The notes below the pieces were generated by a model. It worked only from the letters and a program-made list of their open reading frames with translations. It was not told the origin of the DNA and did no database searches. DNA of 64,000 bases. Origin: Octopus vulgaris (taxonomy: Eukaryota). The position numbers were made by a program, and so were the translations under genes. The DNA lies in the NCBI GenBank assembly GCA_951406725.2, contig OX597815.1, positions 132,990,001-133,054,000 of the forward strand, written 5' to 3'. Positions 36,679-50,900 of this stretch are shown piece by piece; the first letter of the stretch is position 1, and each line of letters begins with the position of its first letter.

Positions 36679-37091
36679 TCTATACTTATATTTATATTTA
36701 CTTATATTTATATTCTCTTTTATATATATTCTACTTATTATACAACATTACTCGTTTATGTACAATTTTTTATGTACATTCCTTTATGTACACTGATTTG
36801 TTCTGCTTTTTATATTTAACCCTACAGTCTCTTATGTGGTGGTTTAATAAAGTATGTGATTGAGTATTATCTGGTAACTGATATTTGATTTAGATGTATT
36901 TCTCCATTTTCTTATCTTGTATTAGTAATTTGTGGTAAATCATTTTACCTTTGCCCATATAATACAGTAAATGAATTAATTGCATCGCAATCATTAACAT
37001 TTATGTATTAATTTTGTTGGGTACTTCACTAGCAGTATATTGGATATATGTTATCCCATGGAGGGTTGCATTTACAACCCCTATCTCAATT

Positions 37092-37131
<40 letters not shown>

Positions 37132-37134
37132 CTA

Positions 37135-37282
37135 CGTGCTTCTTTGGCGTTTCCATCTACCAAATCCACTCACAAGTCTTTGTTCGGCCCGAGTCTATAG
37201 TGGAAGATATTTGCTCAAGGTGTCACACAGTGAAGCCGGGACCATATGGTTGGGAAGCAAGCTTCTTACCACACAGCCACGC
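37135..37282 (-). mobile_element. CORE-type SINE head
   Basis: Homologous to 1-131. Confidence 0.8.
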
Positions 37283-37287
37283 CTTCA

Positions 37288-37378
<91 letters not shown>

Positions 37379-37445
37379 TTATGTGAATGAGTCTGTATTT
37401 CTACCACTGCCATCGCTTGACAAACAATGCTAGCGTGTAGTACAT

Positions 37446-37446
<1 letters not shown>

Positions 37447-37497
<51 letters not shown>

Positions 37498-37522
37498 CAG
37501 ATAGACAGATAGACAGATAGAC

Positions 37523-37592
<70 letters not shown>
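37447..37592. repeat. (GATA)n microsatellite
   Basis: Directly visible; similar tracts near 39178, 42040, 55100, 60985 and 62025. Confidence 0.95.
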
Positions 37593-37593
<1 letters not shown>

Positions 37594-39176
37594 GCCAATA
37601 AGGCTCCACTGAGAAGAAAGCCATTAGACATGTCTCGCATATTAGCTGTCAAATATCAACGAGATATCAACCATTAACTATTTTCCTCCTAGATATATAC
37701 TTTTGTAATCCTGCTTTAAATTCTTAATATTTAATGCACGAAGGCATTAAATATTCAATTTTTCGTCTTTGAAATCAAATGTTCAACCGCGGTATTTGTC
37801 GAAATACGCTGATGATATGTAAATTTCCTACCAGTTAAAATACTGGTATTTTATATGTAACAGTCGGAGAGATATAATATCTATTCCTAGTAGCTGGTGG
37901 AATGAAATAATATTGAATTATATGGATTGTGTAAATATACAACGAAACAGGTGCAATGGATTGACCTCAAGTTAAAAGTTGAAATTAATATTATTCGTCT
38001 ATACCAAACAGAGATTGTTTTGTACGATACTTTGTTTAACAACACCACCAGGTCGTCTTGTATCATTATAAGGCTACTCTTGTAAGTAGTCCAGACCACC
38101 GATTTCTTTTGTATCCATATTTTCCATGTAGTCAATGGAGAACCTTCAGAAATAGGTGAAAGCTGCAAAGGTGAAAGGCGCTGCTCCTACATCTTTGCTT
38201 AAGTAAAAATAAGATGTTCGTTGCCTTTCAAATCACAATTATTGATTTCATTAAAAAGAAAGTTGAAGAATAATTTTACTAGGAGGTGCATTAGTGTAAA
38301 GGAATTTTTTTAGATAGGAATGGAAACTGCAGTAAGAAGTAAATTTTAAGAACTCACTTCATACTCTATTGAACTCTCTTCTTTTCAAATATTTGATATT
38401 GAATCCCTTTCATTGGACACAAAGGAGCTATGTTTGAGTTGAGGAGGGAAATTAGAAGCAAATTGCGTCTGCCTTTCGCAAAATACATTAAGAGTTTACG
38501 TAAAATTAAATGAATTCACCTTAGCATTGAAGCAGTTTCGTAGCCCTGCACCATTCACCAAATGCAACCAACATAAAAAGAAGTTCACATATTCTAAGTT
38601 TGATCACATAATGCCCTTCCATAATCTTTGTACCACAGTGTAACTGACATTTAGAAATGCTTTTGTACTATTAACGTGTTTGAAATCTCATAGATTTCTT
38701 CATATTTCTTTCTGTGAACCAACAGACCTTTAAATTTCATTAGTTATCAAAAGTTTCTTCATTGGAAAATATTTCTTTTCTGTTTTGGAAAATGCTACAC
38801 TCTTTTAACGTATTTTCACTTCTACTCTTCCAAATTTCCAATTATAACACGTCATTCTTTTTACTTTGTAAAACAAAATCAACGCAAAGAATATATATAA
38901 AAGAAAAAAACAAGTATTTTCTTTAACTAATGAACTTGTCTTAGTACTGTCAAGACAAAACTCATACTCCAATTCTTAGCTCTTGTTTTAGGAACTTGTT
39001 TGCAATTTTACGAAGGTCAATGCAGTGGGCGATGATTTCCGAAGGTTGTTTATTATTTTATTATTTTTATTGATGTTATTTAACAAAATATAAAGCATTC
39101 AATTTCTGGTATCCTTTTCTCGGCATTTGGTGTGAATGTTGAAAAGTTGACTGAAGTTATATGCTGCTTTAATAAA

Positions 39177-39269
<93 letters not shown>

Positions 39270-40540
39270 CAGACAGATAGATAGGGTGAGTGAGAAAGGA
39301 AGAAAGAGAGAAAACCAGGGAGACAGACAGACGTATATACAGAGAGAAGGGGAGAGCGATGTATTTGAATACTGATCGTAAAGGAACATAACTAAATGGT
39401 ACAAACATTTGTTTTACGGTTTTGCTAATCTACGTAGTTGCAACTCTGAACGACAACCATAACAGTTGGTTAGTTTAGTATTTCGAAACATTTAGTAGTT
39501 ATCAGATGCAGTGTTACAAGAACTCGACATTTATCCAATTAACTATAACACATTTTCTTTCAAAGTGAAAGATTTTAATTTCTATGAAATTGTAATGGCC
39601 TGTTGTGTGCTCTGTAGAATATTAAGTGGGTCCCTAAAACAACTGAAGCTGTCAGTTATAAATAAATGAGTCTTTCCTCAAGGAATTCTCCTCCTTCCTT
39701 TTTGTTTCATGAAATTATCTTTAAAAGCAGTGAGGGTATATTCAAGGCTATATTTTTTGGTACTTCCGATTGGGCAATGGTAGAAACGATGAGCATTTGG
39801 ATAACATATCTTATAATACTTAGTTACTGCTCTTTATATTCTAATTTCATATCTGCAGCTTTTCCCGACTGCATGATCTATGAAGCAAATATCTGTAATA
39901 TACTCAGAGCTGAATAAATTCATTCAGCTCGGTTTCTCCGTATTGCTGTCTAACTTCTAACTCTGAATCAATATAGGAAATCACTATTATATATTCTGTT
40001 GTATATCGGGAGGGTCGTTATGCCAAGTAGACCTGGAGTAGAAAAGGCATTACGGTGATGAAGTCGTGGATAGCTACTGAAGGATTTTTGACAAGCCTAG
40101 CTGATCGATTGATTGACCGAAATTCTAACCAAATAATGGATTAATTAATTGGTTAATCAATACAGTAATAATAATAAAAGAAGTGAAACCGAATCTGTGC
40201 ATGAATTTATTATTGGCACAATACCCTCCTGTGATACAACAGAATATATTTCCACACAAGACTTCAAATAAAGGATATTGCAAAACCAAATACAAAACCA
40301 CTATCATGAGTCTTTTCATGTGATTCCTTACGTTCTTGTTTGAACCAAAATGAATATCAGTCGTATTAGGAAAATCAGGAAAAATCTCTTTTTATTATAC
40401 TGTTAATGCATGTGTACGTTAGAAATATGTCATCAAGAAAATACAGCTGTTTCCAGTAATTCTGTGAAAGTTTTATTTCAGATATAGAACTTTAATAATC
40501 TTTTCATATTCAAAGTAATCTAGATTATGAGATCTAATGC

Positions 40541-40861
<321 letters not shown>

Positions 40862-41358
40862 CATCGGCACCTTTTAATACAAGATATATCCTGCGAGACG
40901 CTTTTTTAAATTCACGTTTCGTTCATTTTTATTTCATTTCATACCATTTTATTCGTTTCTGATTAATATGAGATTTTATAATAACAATAATAGCGACGGT
41001 AGTAAGCCTTTAGCTAATATCAGTTGAATTAGTCATTAAGATTGCATCAGTTGTTGTGTATCTGCTTAGAAAGCCACTTAGCATGTTACCTGACATCTTG
41101 TTAATTATTGTATTGTGTAAGATGCAAATGAACAACTTCGACGGAGAAAATTCTTCTAAATAGCTTTGGTAGTAAATTAAGTTAAGCAAAAATAAACAAA
41201 ATTCTACAAGTGCAAGAAATGATGGTAAGAACGTACATATAATAGCATACATAATGGATTACAGTGTAAATATGATGAGAATGCGATTTTTAAGAGGTCG
41301 TATCAAAAGTATAGATTTGCCGTCTTGAATGTAACAGCTTCGTTCAGATGAAGCATAA

Positions 41359-41417
<59 letters not shown>

Positions 41418-41420
<3 letters not shown>

Positions 41421-41515
41421 AATCCCAAAAAAAAAACGAAAAACAAGAACAAACAACAACACGAAGACATGGTACATATAAAGTATTATCAGACGCACAG
41501 GGAAGGAAAGAAAGG
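41418..41515 (-). mobile_element. 3' tail of the C-rich PLE family
   Basis: Reverse complement resembles 13600-13685 (CCTG.GCG.CT..TAATACT..TGTTGTTGTTT..GGATT). Confidence 0.55.
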
Positions 41516-41733
41516 TGTTATATTTAGGAATGGTCATTTTTGCCAGTTTAGCCAATAAGAAAGAAGAAAGCAAAGGACCACTGATGCGGTCACAGGAGTG
41601 TGACGAAAGAACTCTGGCCGAAATAAGATTAAGATTAATGTAAAAAATGAATAACGCTGAAGCAAAGTAACACCAAATATATAGTGTGTGTGTTTTTATT
41701 GGTTAAACTGGCAAAATGACCATTCCTAAATAT

Positions 41734-41737
<4 letters not shown>
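41516..41737 (+). mobile_element. TGT..ACA inverted-repeat mini-element with hammerhead-like core
   Basis: ~42-bp IR TGTTATATTTAGGAATGGTCATTTTTGCCAGTTTAGCCAATAA; related to 62763-63026. Confidence 0.8.
41575..41619 (+). ncRNA. Minimal hammerhead-like motif (A9 altered)
   Basis: GGACCA-CTGATGC-G-GTCACA GGAG TGTGAC-GAAA-GAAC-TC-TGGCC. Confidence 0.55.
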
Positions 41738-41785
<48 letters not shown>

Positions 41786-41804
41786 GTATGTATACATGCA
41801 TAGA

Positions 41805-42005
41805 TTGGTTTCAAAATTTGGCACAAGGCCAGCAATTTCGGAGGAGGGGAAAGTCCGTTACATCGACCACAGTACTCAACTGGTATTTATTTTAGGCTGA
41901 AAGACAAATTCAACCTCTGCGAAATTGGAACTCAGAACGTAAGGACGGACGAAAACCGCTAAGCATTTTGCCTAGCGTGCTAACGATTGTGCCTGCTCAC
42001 CACCG
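41805..42005 (-). mobile_element. SINE, Meta/MESC-like family
   Basis: Homologous to 3945-4153 and 43872-44083. Confidence 0.75.
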
Positions 42006-42042
42006 TTGCACATGCATATACTGAAATGTATCATTTATAGAC

Positions 42043-42127
<85 letters not shown>

Positions 42128-42523
42128 TTGCATATTTTACTTTTACTTGTCTCAGTCATTGAACTGCGGCCATACCCAGGCACCGTGTCGAATAGTTTTA
42201 GTTAAACAGATGGACCCCGGTAATTACTTATTTAATGAAAGATAATTATTGTATCGCACATTTTGTGAATCTACATACATACATACATACATACATACAT
42301 ACATACATACATAGTGGGGTAAAGGTACATGCGGTGCAGTCGAAGACAGCAAGCCAAGGGACTCCGCCATGGGACTGATCCCAAGACCACATGATTGCAA
42401 ATTGACCTTCGTAACCAGACAGCCATATATATATTTACCTATAAATACATATATGTGTATGTGCGCGTATATTTACCGACTTACAAACATATGTATATAC
42501 GAATATACAAGTGTGTGTGTGTC

Positions 42524-42573
<50 letters not shown>

Positions 42574-42599
42574 TGTTTGTGTGTGTGTGTGTGCTTGTA

Positions 42600-43530
42600 C
42601 AGGGTGCGGTGAATTACGCAAAAATGAAAATAATACGCACGTCTCACTTTAACGGATATATTTACCAAAATTATATAAAATATCTTAAAGAGCAAATTTA
42701 TTCAATAAAATCGCAATTGGCTTCAACCGCAACCTTCAGACGACTTCAGAATCTCCTTCACCTCTTGTAGGCGGTCTCCTTGTTTAAGTTGGTGAATACT
42801 GCCATAATCCTTGCCTATATCTTTGGTGTTACAAAGAGTAACCATAATCCGTGCCTTCATCTTTAGTGTTACAAGGAGTTTTGTTGGACTCCCGCTCAAC
42901 TGAGCCTCACGTATAGGTAGCCAGATGTTAGGGATGATGTGGCAGCAGAAATTGTCTGACAGCCATGACTGGGTTTCCCTGCTTGTGTGGCATGATGCAG
43001 AGTCCTGTTGCCAGACATAGGATCTCCCAGAAGCCACCCTTTTGAACGAGGGCAGCACTAACTGGTCCAGGCACTTGATGTAGGCCTCTGTGTTGAGTCT
43101 GAGACGGTGTGGGAAGATGAATGGAGGCATAACGTCACCATCAGTAGTGATCACTCCAAACACCATGATGTTGACTGGATGTTTGATTTTTATCACTCTC
43201 GGTACATGTTTTGCTGACACAGCAAGCCAACGTTTGATCTGTGTGCCCACCATCTGCTCCTGGCAGAAATATTTCTCGTCTGGGAAAAACTAAATCATGT
43301 TCGATTGGAGGGGATGCTTGAGTTTGTTCAAAAGCTTCGTAGCATGGTCTTCCCTCTTGTTCTTGATGACTTGGAATAGAAATTGGCCCGTTTTCTTCTT
43401 GTGTAAGGAATACTGAATGCCTACATGTACTACCTGTCTGATATGAAACTCAGACACTCCCATGTCCCTGGCAATAGATTGATTTGGAGGGATCGTTGTC
43501 AATCATGGCCTGGATTTCACGAACAAATTC
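42600..43530 (-). mobile_element. Mariner-like (DD37D/maT-like) transposase relic
   Basis: KHPVNIMVFGVI, WQQDSASCH; terminus TA|CAGGGTGCG. Confidence 0.85.
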
Positions 43531-43634
43531 ATACGTACATACATACACACATACATACATACATACATACATACATACATACATACATACATACATACAT
43601 ACATACATACATACATACATACATACATACATAC

Positions 43635-43732
43635 TCTGTTGGTGTTGTTGAAATTCCAAAGAAGGAGCATAGGATCTAGGTTAGAAACCGGCTCTCTGTC
43701 TATTGGCAAGAAATCTTGAAATAAACTGAATA
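43635..43732 (+). mobile_element. Second copy of the 23925-24025 segment, within (CATA)n
   Basis: GGATCTAGGTTAGAAACCGG..CTATTGGCAAGAAATCTTGAAATAAACTGAA is shared in inverse orientation. Confidence 0.8.
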
Positions 43733-43871
43733 GCATACATACACACATACTCATATTCATATGTAGGCATGCATGCACATGCATGCATACATCTAGAAAA
43801 AGTAAAAGAAACTTCTCGGATTATAGCCCCATATGGTCGGTTTCTCGGATATTATGTGGTATACATATTCT

Positions 43872-44083
43872 TATCTACTCTAGATACAAGGCCCGAAATT
43901 TGGGGGGAGGGAGGGGCAGTAGATTAGATCGACCCCAGTACAGAACTGATACTTAATTTATCGACCCTGAAACGATGAAAGGCAAAGTCGACCTCGGCGG
44001 AATTTCAACTCAGAATGTAAAGACAAGCAAAATACCGCTAAACATTTCGCTCGGCGTGCTAACGTTTCTGCCAGCAGCCGCCT
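43872..44083 (-). mobile_element. SINE, Meta/MESC-like family, near full length
   Basis: Head GGCGGCTGCTGGCAGAAACGTTAGCACG, B box and central domain. Confidence 0.85.
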
Positions 44084-44099
44084 TTGCGTCGTATAATTA

Positions 44100-44270
44100 C
44101 CTCAACCTTGATGGGACGCTGGTCCGCTCCAGGTTTTCTCATTTTTGTCAGTGGAGTGGACTCCAGCAACCTAAAATAATGAGCTTTGCCCAAGATCGCA
44201 ACGCATCACCTGCTCAAGGATTCGAAACCACAATTTTATGATCTTCAGTGAACATCCTAAGCGACCAACC
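44100..44270 (-). mobile_element. Older tRNA-derived CORE-like SINE
   Basis: Minus strand GGTTTCGAATCC..CTTGGGCAAAG. Confidence 0.5.
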
Positions 44271-44357
44271 TCCATATACATACGTACATTGATACACATG
44301 TATACACATACACACACTTGTGTGCGTGCGTACGTGTGTGTGTGTGTGTACGTGTGT

Positions 44358-44432
<75 letters not shown>

Positions 44433-44716
44433 CGCGCGCTTGTGTATTACGTATTTCCATTGAGTCTTATTTAAGTTCTTCTTGAGGGTGTTCAAGTCGG
44501 TCGCTAACAAAGTGACAAAACTTTTTCAATTAAAAGAATTCCTGTTGGGTTGTTAGTTGAACTTTCGATGCATACACACAAATGAGTGCATCTATTCGCA
44601 TAAGAATTTCACAAGGAGAATTTTGGGAATGTCTTACAAGTCTTCCCTGTGCTACTAATGGATTGGATTTCGAGAATCTAGGTCAGTTGCTTTTGCCCTT
44701 TCTCCGCGGAACCGAG

Positions 44717-44759
<43 letters not shown>

Positions 44760-44760
<1 letters not shown>

Positions 44761-45069
44761 TAGCAGAGATACCCGGCGTTGCTCAGGAGTGAAACGGCAT
44801 ATTTGTTTATTGTTATCTTTTACTTGTTTAAAATATTTGAGTGAGGCGTTAGTGGAGCTTTGCCTTTAGTCGAACGAATTGACCCCAAGTATTCATTCTA
44901 TCGGTCTCTTTTGTGAAGCTGCTAATTTATGGGGACATAAAGATACCAACATTAGTTGGCAAGCAATATATATATATATATATATTGATACACACACACA
45001 TACATACATACATATACATATATATATATATATTGATACACACACACATACATACATATACGTATATAC

Positions 45070-45136
<67 letters not shown>

Positions 45137-48100
45137 TGTATGTATGTATGTATGTATGTATGTATGTATCTATGTATGTATCTATGTATGTATGTATGTA
45201 TATCAATATAAATACATGAAAGTACATCAAATTTGGTCAAAAAGGTGATCATGTACATACCTCTTGGCTGCTGTGATTATAACACTTCGTTGTAAACAAT
45301 GTTCCTTGTTTTTCCTTGTGGAGCATATGCAAAGGGGTTTCTTTTGCTTCCCATTCTTGAGCAGCCAACATACAGTTGTCCATGCGAGAAGCAGGGCTCT
45401 TCCAAGAGAAGACCAGCTACAGAGAGGGTTTGACCCTGAGATTTGTTAAGGGGCATGGCAAAGCTGATACGAGGGGGGAATTGCAGTCTTCTGAATGTAA
45501 ATGGAATTTCTGCTCCTGATGGAGTTAGAGGAATTCTTGGAATAAAGACGTCATCGCCTTTCCCACATCCAGAAAGAATGATCGCCTCGATAACGTGTGA
45601 CATCATTTTCTTTATCATCAGTCGTGTTCCATTGCAAAGTCGTGGTGGTTCCAGATTGCGAAGTAGCATTACAAGAGTTCCAAATTTAAGTGCTAATATG
45701 TGGGGAGATAGTCGAGGAGGCTCCAACGAATTGAGAAATTCAAGAGGATAGTTCACCACTTCATTTTTATCTGGAATTGTATCAACAGACTTGTAAGTGT
45801 GAATAGTGCCGGGAAGAGAATGCATTAGCCGTTCATTAATTTTTTTAACAGCGACGTTTTTTGGAGCTAATATTGCTTTTTCGCACAGCCAATTGTGATT
45901 TTGGTAGTTTTCTGTGAAGTTGGGAAAAAACTTTGTGTTTGAGCTCGGCCACATTTCCATTTGTCCTGCAGCGTCGAGAGGCACCTTGCCATCACCAAGT
46001 GTCAAAATGACTTGTGCAAACTTTGTGGACATTTGGTCGCCTTGTAGCTGAGCTTTCATGTTAGTAGTAAGACTGAGGATCGTAACATGATGCCACAGGG
46101 TAGAGGACTTTAGATATGCTTGGACCTCATCTGCTCTAGTGCCTTTCGGAATGACAGGAAGAGTTTGCTTAAAATCCCCTGACAACTGAAGCGTTACACC
46201 TCCCATTGGAGATAACAGTCTCGGATGTCTTTCAGGGCTCTATCTAATGCTTCCAAAGCTCCCTTGTGAACCATGGTGCACTCATCCCAGACAATTAGAT
46301 GACACCTTTTAAGTACGTGCCCCTGATCTGAGCTTTTGTTGATGTTGCATGAAGGCATCTCGGATGCTGCTAAATTGAGAGAGAGTTTAAAAGTCGAGTG
46401 TGCTGTCCTGCCACCGTGTAACAAAGTAGCTGCAATGCCAGAGGAGGCTACAGTTACTGCAATGCCCTGATGCTGCCTAATTTCTGCAAGGAGAAGCTTT
46501 GTAATAAATGTTTTTCCTGTCCCTCCAGGAGCATCGAGAAAGAAGATTCGTCCCTCGCGTTGGCGTACACTGTTAAGAATAGTTCTGTAGGCCTGCAGCT
46601 GGTCCGGAAGTAATTTAGGCTCATTTTCAACAATGTACTTTGAAACCGCTTGAGTGTCGTAGGATGTTTCACGAATGACAGCAGTGGGAAGGCTATTTGA
46701 CCCTGACCTTAATGTTTGTGGCAGGTCATACGTGGACAATTCATTTCCACCCAGTGTAGCTCTTCAGTCTTCAGTGTCAATGATAGTTTTGTTGTAGACT
46801 TCATTGCTAATACCCTCCATGTCAGGATAGAGCAGTTGAGCTTGCCGCTGAAAGTCTTCAGCCAGGTTTGTCTCTGTATTTGAGCCATAGAGTGGCAGGA
46901 TCACACAGTTCGCATGTCTGTAGTAAAACTGCAAATAGTGCCCTGAGACTTTTAGGTGATTCTGATAAAGCAGCCTCTCCCAAAGTTGCATCCCATTGTA
47001 CACCATCTTCTAACAGATCTTGTCGATAGCAGGTTTCTCTGTATGTTGTGCAGACATGTCCATGAACGGTTTTTAATGCCTGAAAACACGTTGTCCCTCT
47101 GACCTCATGCTGTAGTGGACGGAGGTAGAAGCACTCTTGTTGAGTGGGATACACTGTGTATACTCGCCCAAAGCAAGTGTAAAACTTAATGCCAGAGTAT
47201 CCATGAACATTGTCACCTGCTTTCCATGGGGCCCATTTTTTTCCATTTGAAGTGTAGTACAATGGAATCTGAAGATACAGTAAGGTTTGAGTGAATGGAT
47301 TCACTTGACAAAACTTGAAGAATGCAGTGAGTGTGCTATCCCTTGGTTCCTCTGCCAATAGAGAAGCATTAGCATCGGTGAAGTACACACTTTGACCGTT
47401 TTCCAGGTGCACTGCAAGCTGCTGAATGGCGGGGTGTCGTTGGTGAAGTGGAAAGCCAAAGATGCGCCAGAAAGCCTAGTTGCTACTTATGTACCGTCCC
47501 ATCCGATAGTGATGTTCAGTCTCTGCAGCTCGTGCAGCAGCAGTTGAAGCAGCATCTGCAGTTCGTCGAAGTGTACGCTGGTGATCTGTTTGGAGTGCTC
47601 TTGAAGTGACTGTACGTTTAGCATTTTGTGATCGTCTAATGTCAGTTTCGACCGACGATTCATTGGCTCTCCTTACTGATGATCTTGCAGATCTAAATTA
47701 AGCATGATGAAATGCAGTGAGATACACTGTTAAGTATGGAATATTAATTGAAGGGTTAGTATGTAACTGTAGATAAGTTGCAAACTTGCAACTGCTGCGG
47801 TAATATAACGGTAAATGTGTAAAATTAGATGATATTAGTGTTATGACATGAAAATGAAAATGGAAACAGATGTGAAAGGCAAGGCAAGAGAAATGGTAAG
47901 AGCAAATGAGAAAGTGGTTATGAATTGCGTTGCGAATGTTGTCGTTTGTGTGGACATGAATTTTGGGTGTTGTTTGTCAATGTATGGCTGCTTTGTCGTA
48001 TAGATCGGATAGGGAAAGTTTAATGAAAGAGCAATTGGATGAATTGCTTAGCTTTATTTAGTGGTGCTCGTGGGGCAGAAGCTGCCGTTGATGCTGCATG

Positions 48101-48600
48101 TGAGTGTAGGAATGGTTAAAGGTAAGTTGGTAGGTCTGCAGGTCCACATTAAGGAAGAAGCTAAAACAGCCTCGTGAAATTTTAATGTGTGCAATGGCAC
48201 GCATTTCAGTAAGGAAAACTGAAAGAAGTGGGAGTGTTTTCGCTCGGTATCAAGTACCCTGTTCCCCTATTCTTAATGTAAGAAATTGAAAAGAATTGAA
48301 AATGTAAGAAATTGCCTGAAGAAATGTAAAATATTGCTCGGCGCCTGCATTAGGGAAGGAGTATGGAATTATTTTGAAAGAAGTGAAAATGTAAAAATTA
48401 GGAGTAGGGACAGGGAATTGAAAATGAAAGATATTATTTTTGCATAATTGGAATGTCCGTGATGGAAAACATATGAATCCGCTGGAAAAGAAGGAAAAGT
48501 GTTTAGAGTTGATTTACTTCGAATTACATCAAATATAAAACATCAGCAAAATCTTAATATTATTCAAAACAAAACAATTCTTTCTTTTGTTGCAACCCAT
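44760..48600 (-). mobile_element. Helitron, decayed and internally deleted (5' boundary uncertain)
   Basis: 3' hairpin CCTGAGCAACGCCGGG followed by CTAG|T at 44760; Pif1-type helicase pieces. Confidence 0.85.
45277..47700 (-). pseudogene. Helitron RepHel: Pif1 helicase, frameshifted
   Basis: DAPGGTGKT, ASSGIAATLL, GRTAHS, IVWDE, GDFKQTLPV, LCNGTRL, NKSQGQT, HGQLYVGCSR. Confidence 0.95.
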
Positions 48601-49067
48601 TTGTTGGATTCATATTTTTATTCGTAATATGAATGTAATAATCCATGCTTCTGGCAGGATTATTTTGTACATTTTAAGTCTCTTTAATCATTCACTAAAA
48701 AGTCTTTCTTTTTTCATCTTTATTTTCTCTCTATATTAAACTCTCAAAAGTTTTCTGAACAGCTTCCAGTAATAAATTTCTATTAATTTTTTATTAATCT
48801 CAAAAATGTTGAGTCGGCTATAATATCTGGCATAAATTTTCAACGTGGTTTTGTTCCATTTGTTCTAGATACCCTCCAAAACAAAACTACATCTCAATTT
48901 CCTTACTTTGAAGAAAATATATAATTAAGTTGAAGGCGGAGTTGTTTTGATATGTTGGCGTATTTCCAGTTTAAGACGAGTAAGCATTTGATGAAGAGAG
49001 ATTGTTTCTATAAGATTTCTTTCTACATTTCTATGAAGTCCAATGACAGTTATACTCCCTATAATAT

Positions 49068-49280
49068 CGATTTCAAATTTAGGCTCAAGGCCTGCAGTTT
49101 TAGGGGAGGTGTTAAGTCGATTACAGCAACCCTAGTACTGATCTCATGGACTTTCAAGGGCTGAAAGGAAAAGGCAAAGTCAAAGTCGACCTCGGTGAAA
49201 TCTGAACTCGAAACGTAAGTCTGGACGAAATGCTGCTAAGCATTTTATCCGGCATGTTAACGGTCCTGCCAGCTCGCCGT
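49068..49280 (-). mobile_element. SINE, Meta/MESC-like family, diverged
   Basis: AAAGTCGACCTCGG..TGAACTC..CTAAGCATTT..TGCCAGCTCGCC. Confidence 0.7.
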
Positions 49281-50029
49281 CCTTATTCCCGACAATATTT
49301 TAAGCTTGAAGTGATACTTTTGATACACTGTTCGAACGCCACTAATGATAGTATCACACAGCCATTCCAAAACCTTATGGCTTATATCATGCTGCCATAA
49401 TAACGAGGACATTATGACAAGAGTTATACATTCCCACACGTTCATTCACCTTGCTATAAACAGGTATATTACCATAAAGAAGCTCGTGTTTAAGCAATGT
49501 TTAAGCATTTTGTAAACGGTTATTCCTTAGTTCATGTTCTTTAGAAAAATTGTTATATATTAGTCAGCCTACCTTTTCCTAGAAATCCAGTAAATACTTT
49601 GCCAAGATCACCAGAAGTTATCTACGACCTATTGATATTTGTAGATGCACAACGAGTGGTAGATACATTAGCAATATTTTGGTTATTGTGATTATTCTAA
49701 TATTACTTTGTTTGCATGGCAATAGGTGAAAATTCCCTATTCAAATATGAGGAAGATACTTCAACTAGGTCTAGCGACTGCGGAGTGTCTCTTTCCCTGT
49801 TGTCAGAAGTGGCTGAAATGAAAATGCACAACTGAATTATTTTCGTAATTAAGTAATCTACTCTAAACACAAGCAACAATAAACCGTTGAAACACAAATA
49901 AATAAATATCGAATCAATAGATTTTCAAATGGGACAAATATAAGACACACAAAAAGTGTCAAATAATCAAATGGCTAAAATCGAAGTATTGCTGTGCCAA
50001 ACCAATAAGTAAATCAAAAGCTCGTAATT

Positions 50030-50900
50030 GTCACACTAATGCTATACACGCCTATGTTATTTATGTCTCCCATAATGACTTTCCTTTTACATGGATCTTG
50101 CAACACCGCTCTTAAATTGTTTAACTGAACATGATTTTGTTCGTTTTACGGTGAGTTCTACCAGCAATCCATCGATGTGATCATGGGTACAATGATGGAT
50201 CCCAGTTATGCTAATCTCTTTGAGGGCTACTTTAAAACCTATTTTTCTCTCAATTTAATAAATCCACCCCAGTATTGCAATGTTGCAACATTATTATATC
50301 GGCGACTCTATAGAGACAAATTCACTTTCTTCTTTCCTTAAGTGAAAACCTCCCAACCTGCTTTGGAATGTCTACTATTTACAACACTTCATTATCGTCG
50401 CTATCGACTTTTTTCGTTTCTGTCGATGACATTTTTCCTATTGTACATTATAAGCCCACTGGTATGCACTTCTATCTTGGTGCTTTCTTCATACACTACT
50501 CATACAAAAACTGCGATGACCTTCTTTCAATCTCTTCAACTCTGTCACGTGTACGGAAATTGATTTGTATTCCTTTCGTGAATCAAAAGAAATGCACAAA
50601 TCCTCCAGCATAAGGGTTATCTTAAATGAGCAATGAAATGAAATTTGTACACTAAGCCATTCTATCCAGAGCGCCTAGGTGCTAGTATCCTATGCGTACG
50701 CACCCACGAATAGAGAGACCCAGTGTAGCACACTTCACTCGTTAGTTTGGCCGCTTCAGCAGACTAAAACAACAAACTTCACTTTTTTTTCCTGGCCCTC
50801 AAATTATTTCTATTTTCCCGAACCCAACTCTCCTTGCTTTTAAAAGAAATATAAAGACTTTTGTAACATTTTGTACAAATGCTTTTCTTTTCCCTTTCAT
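50030..50900 (+). pseudogene. Heavily decayed Neptune-like PLE RT
   Basis: MGTMMDPSYANLFEGY, HYKPTGMHFYL and FPNPTLLAFKR match segments of the 8711-10702 protein. Confidence 0.75.
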
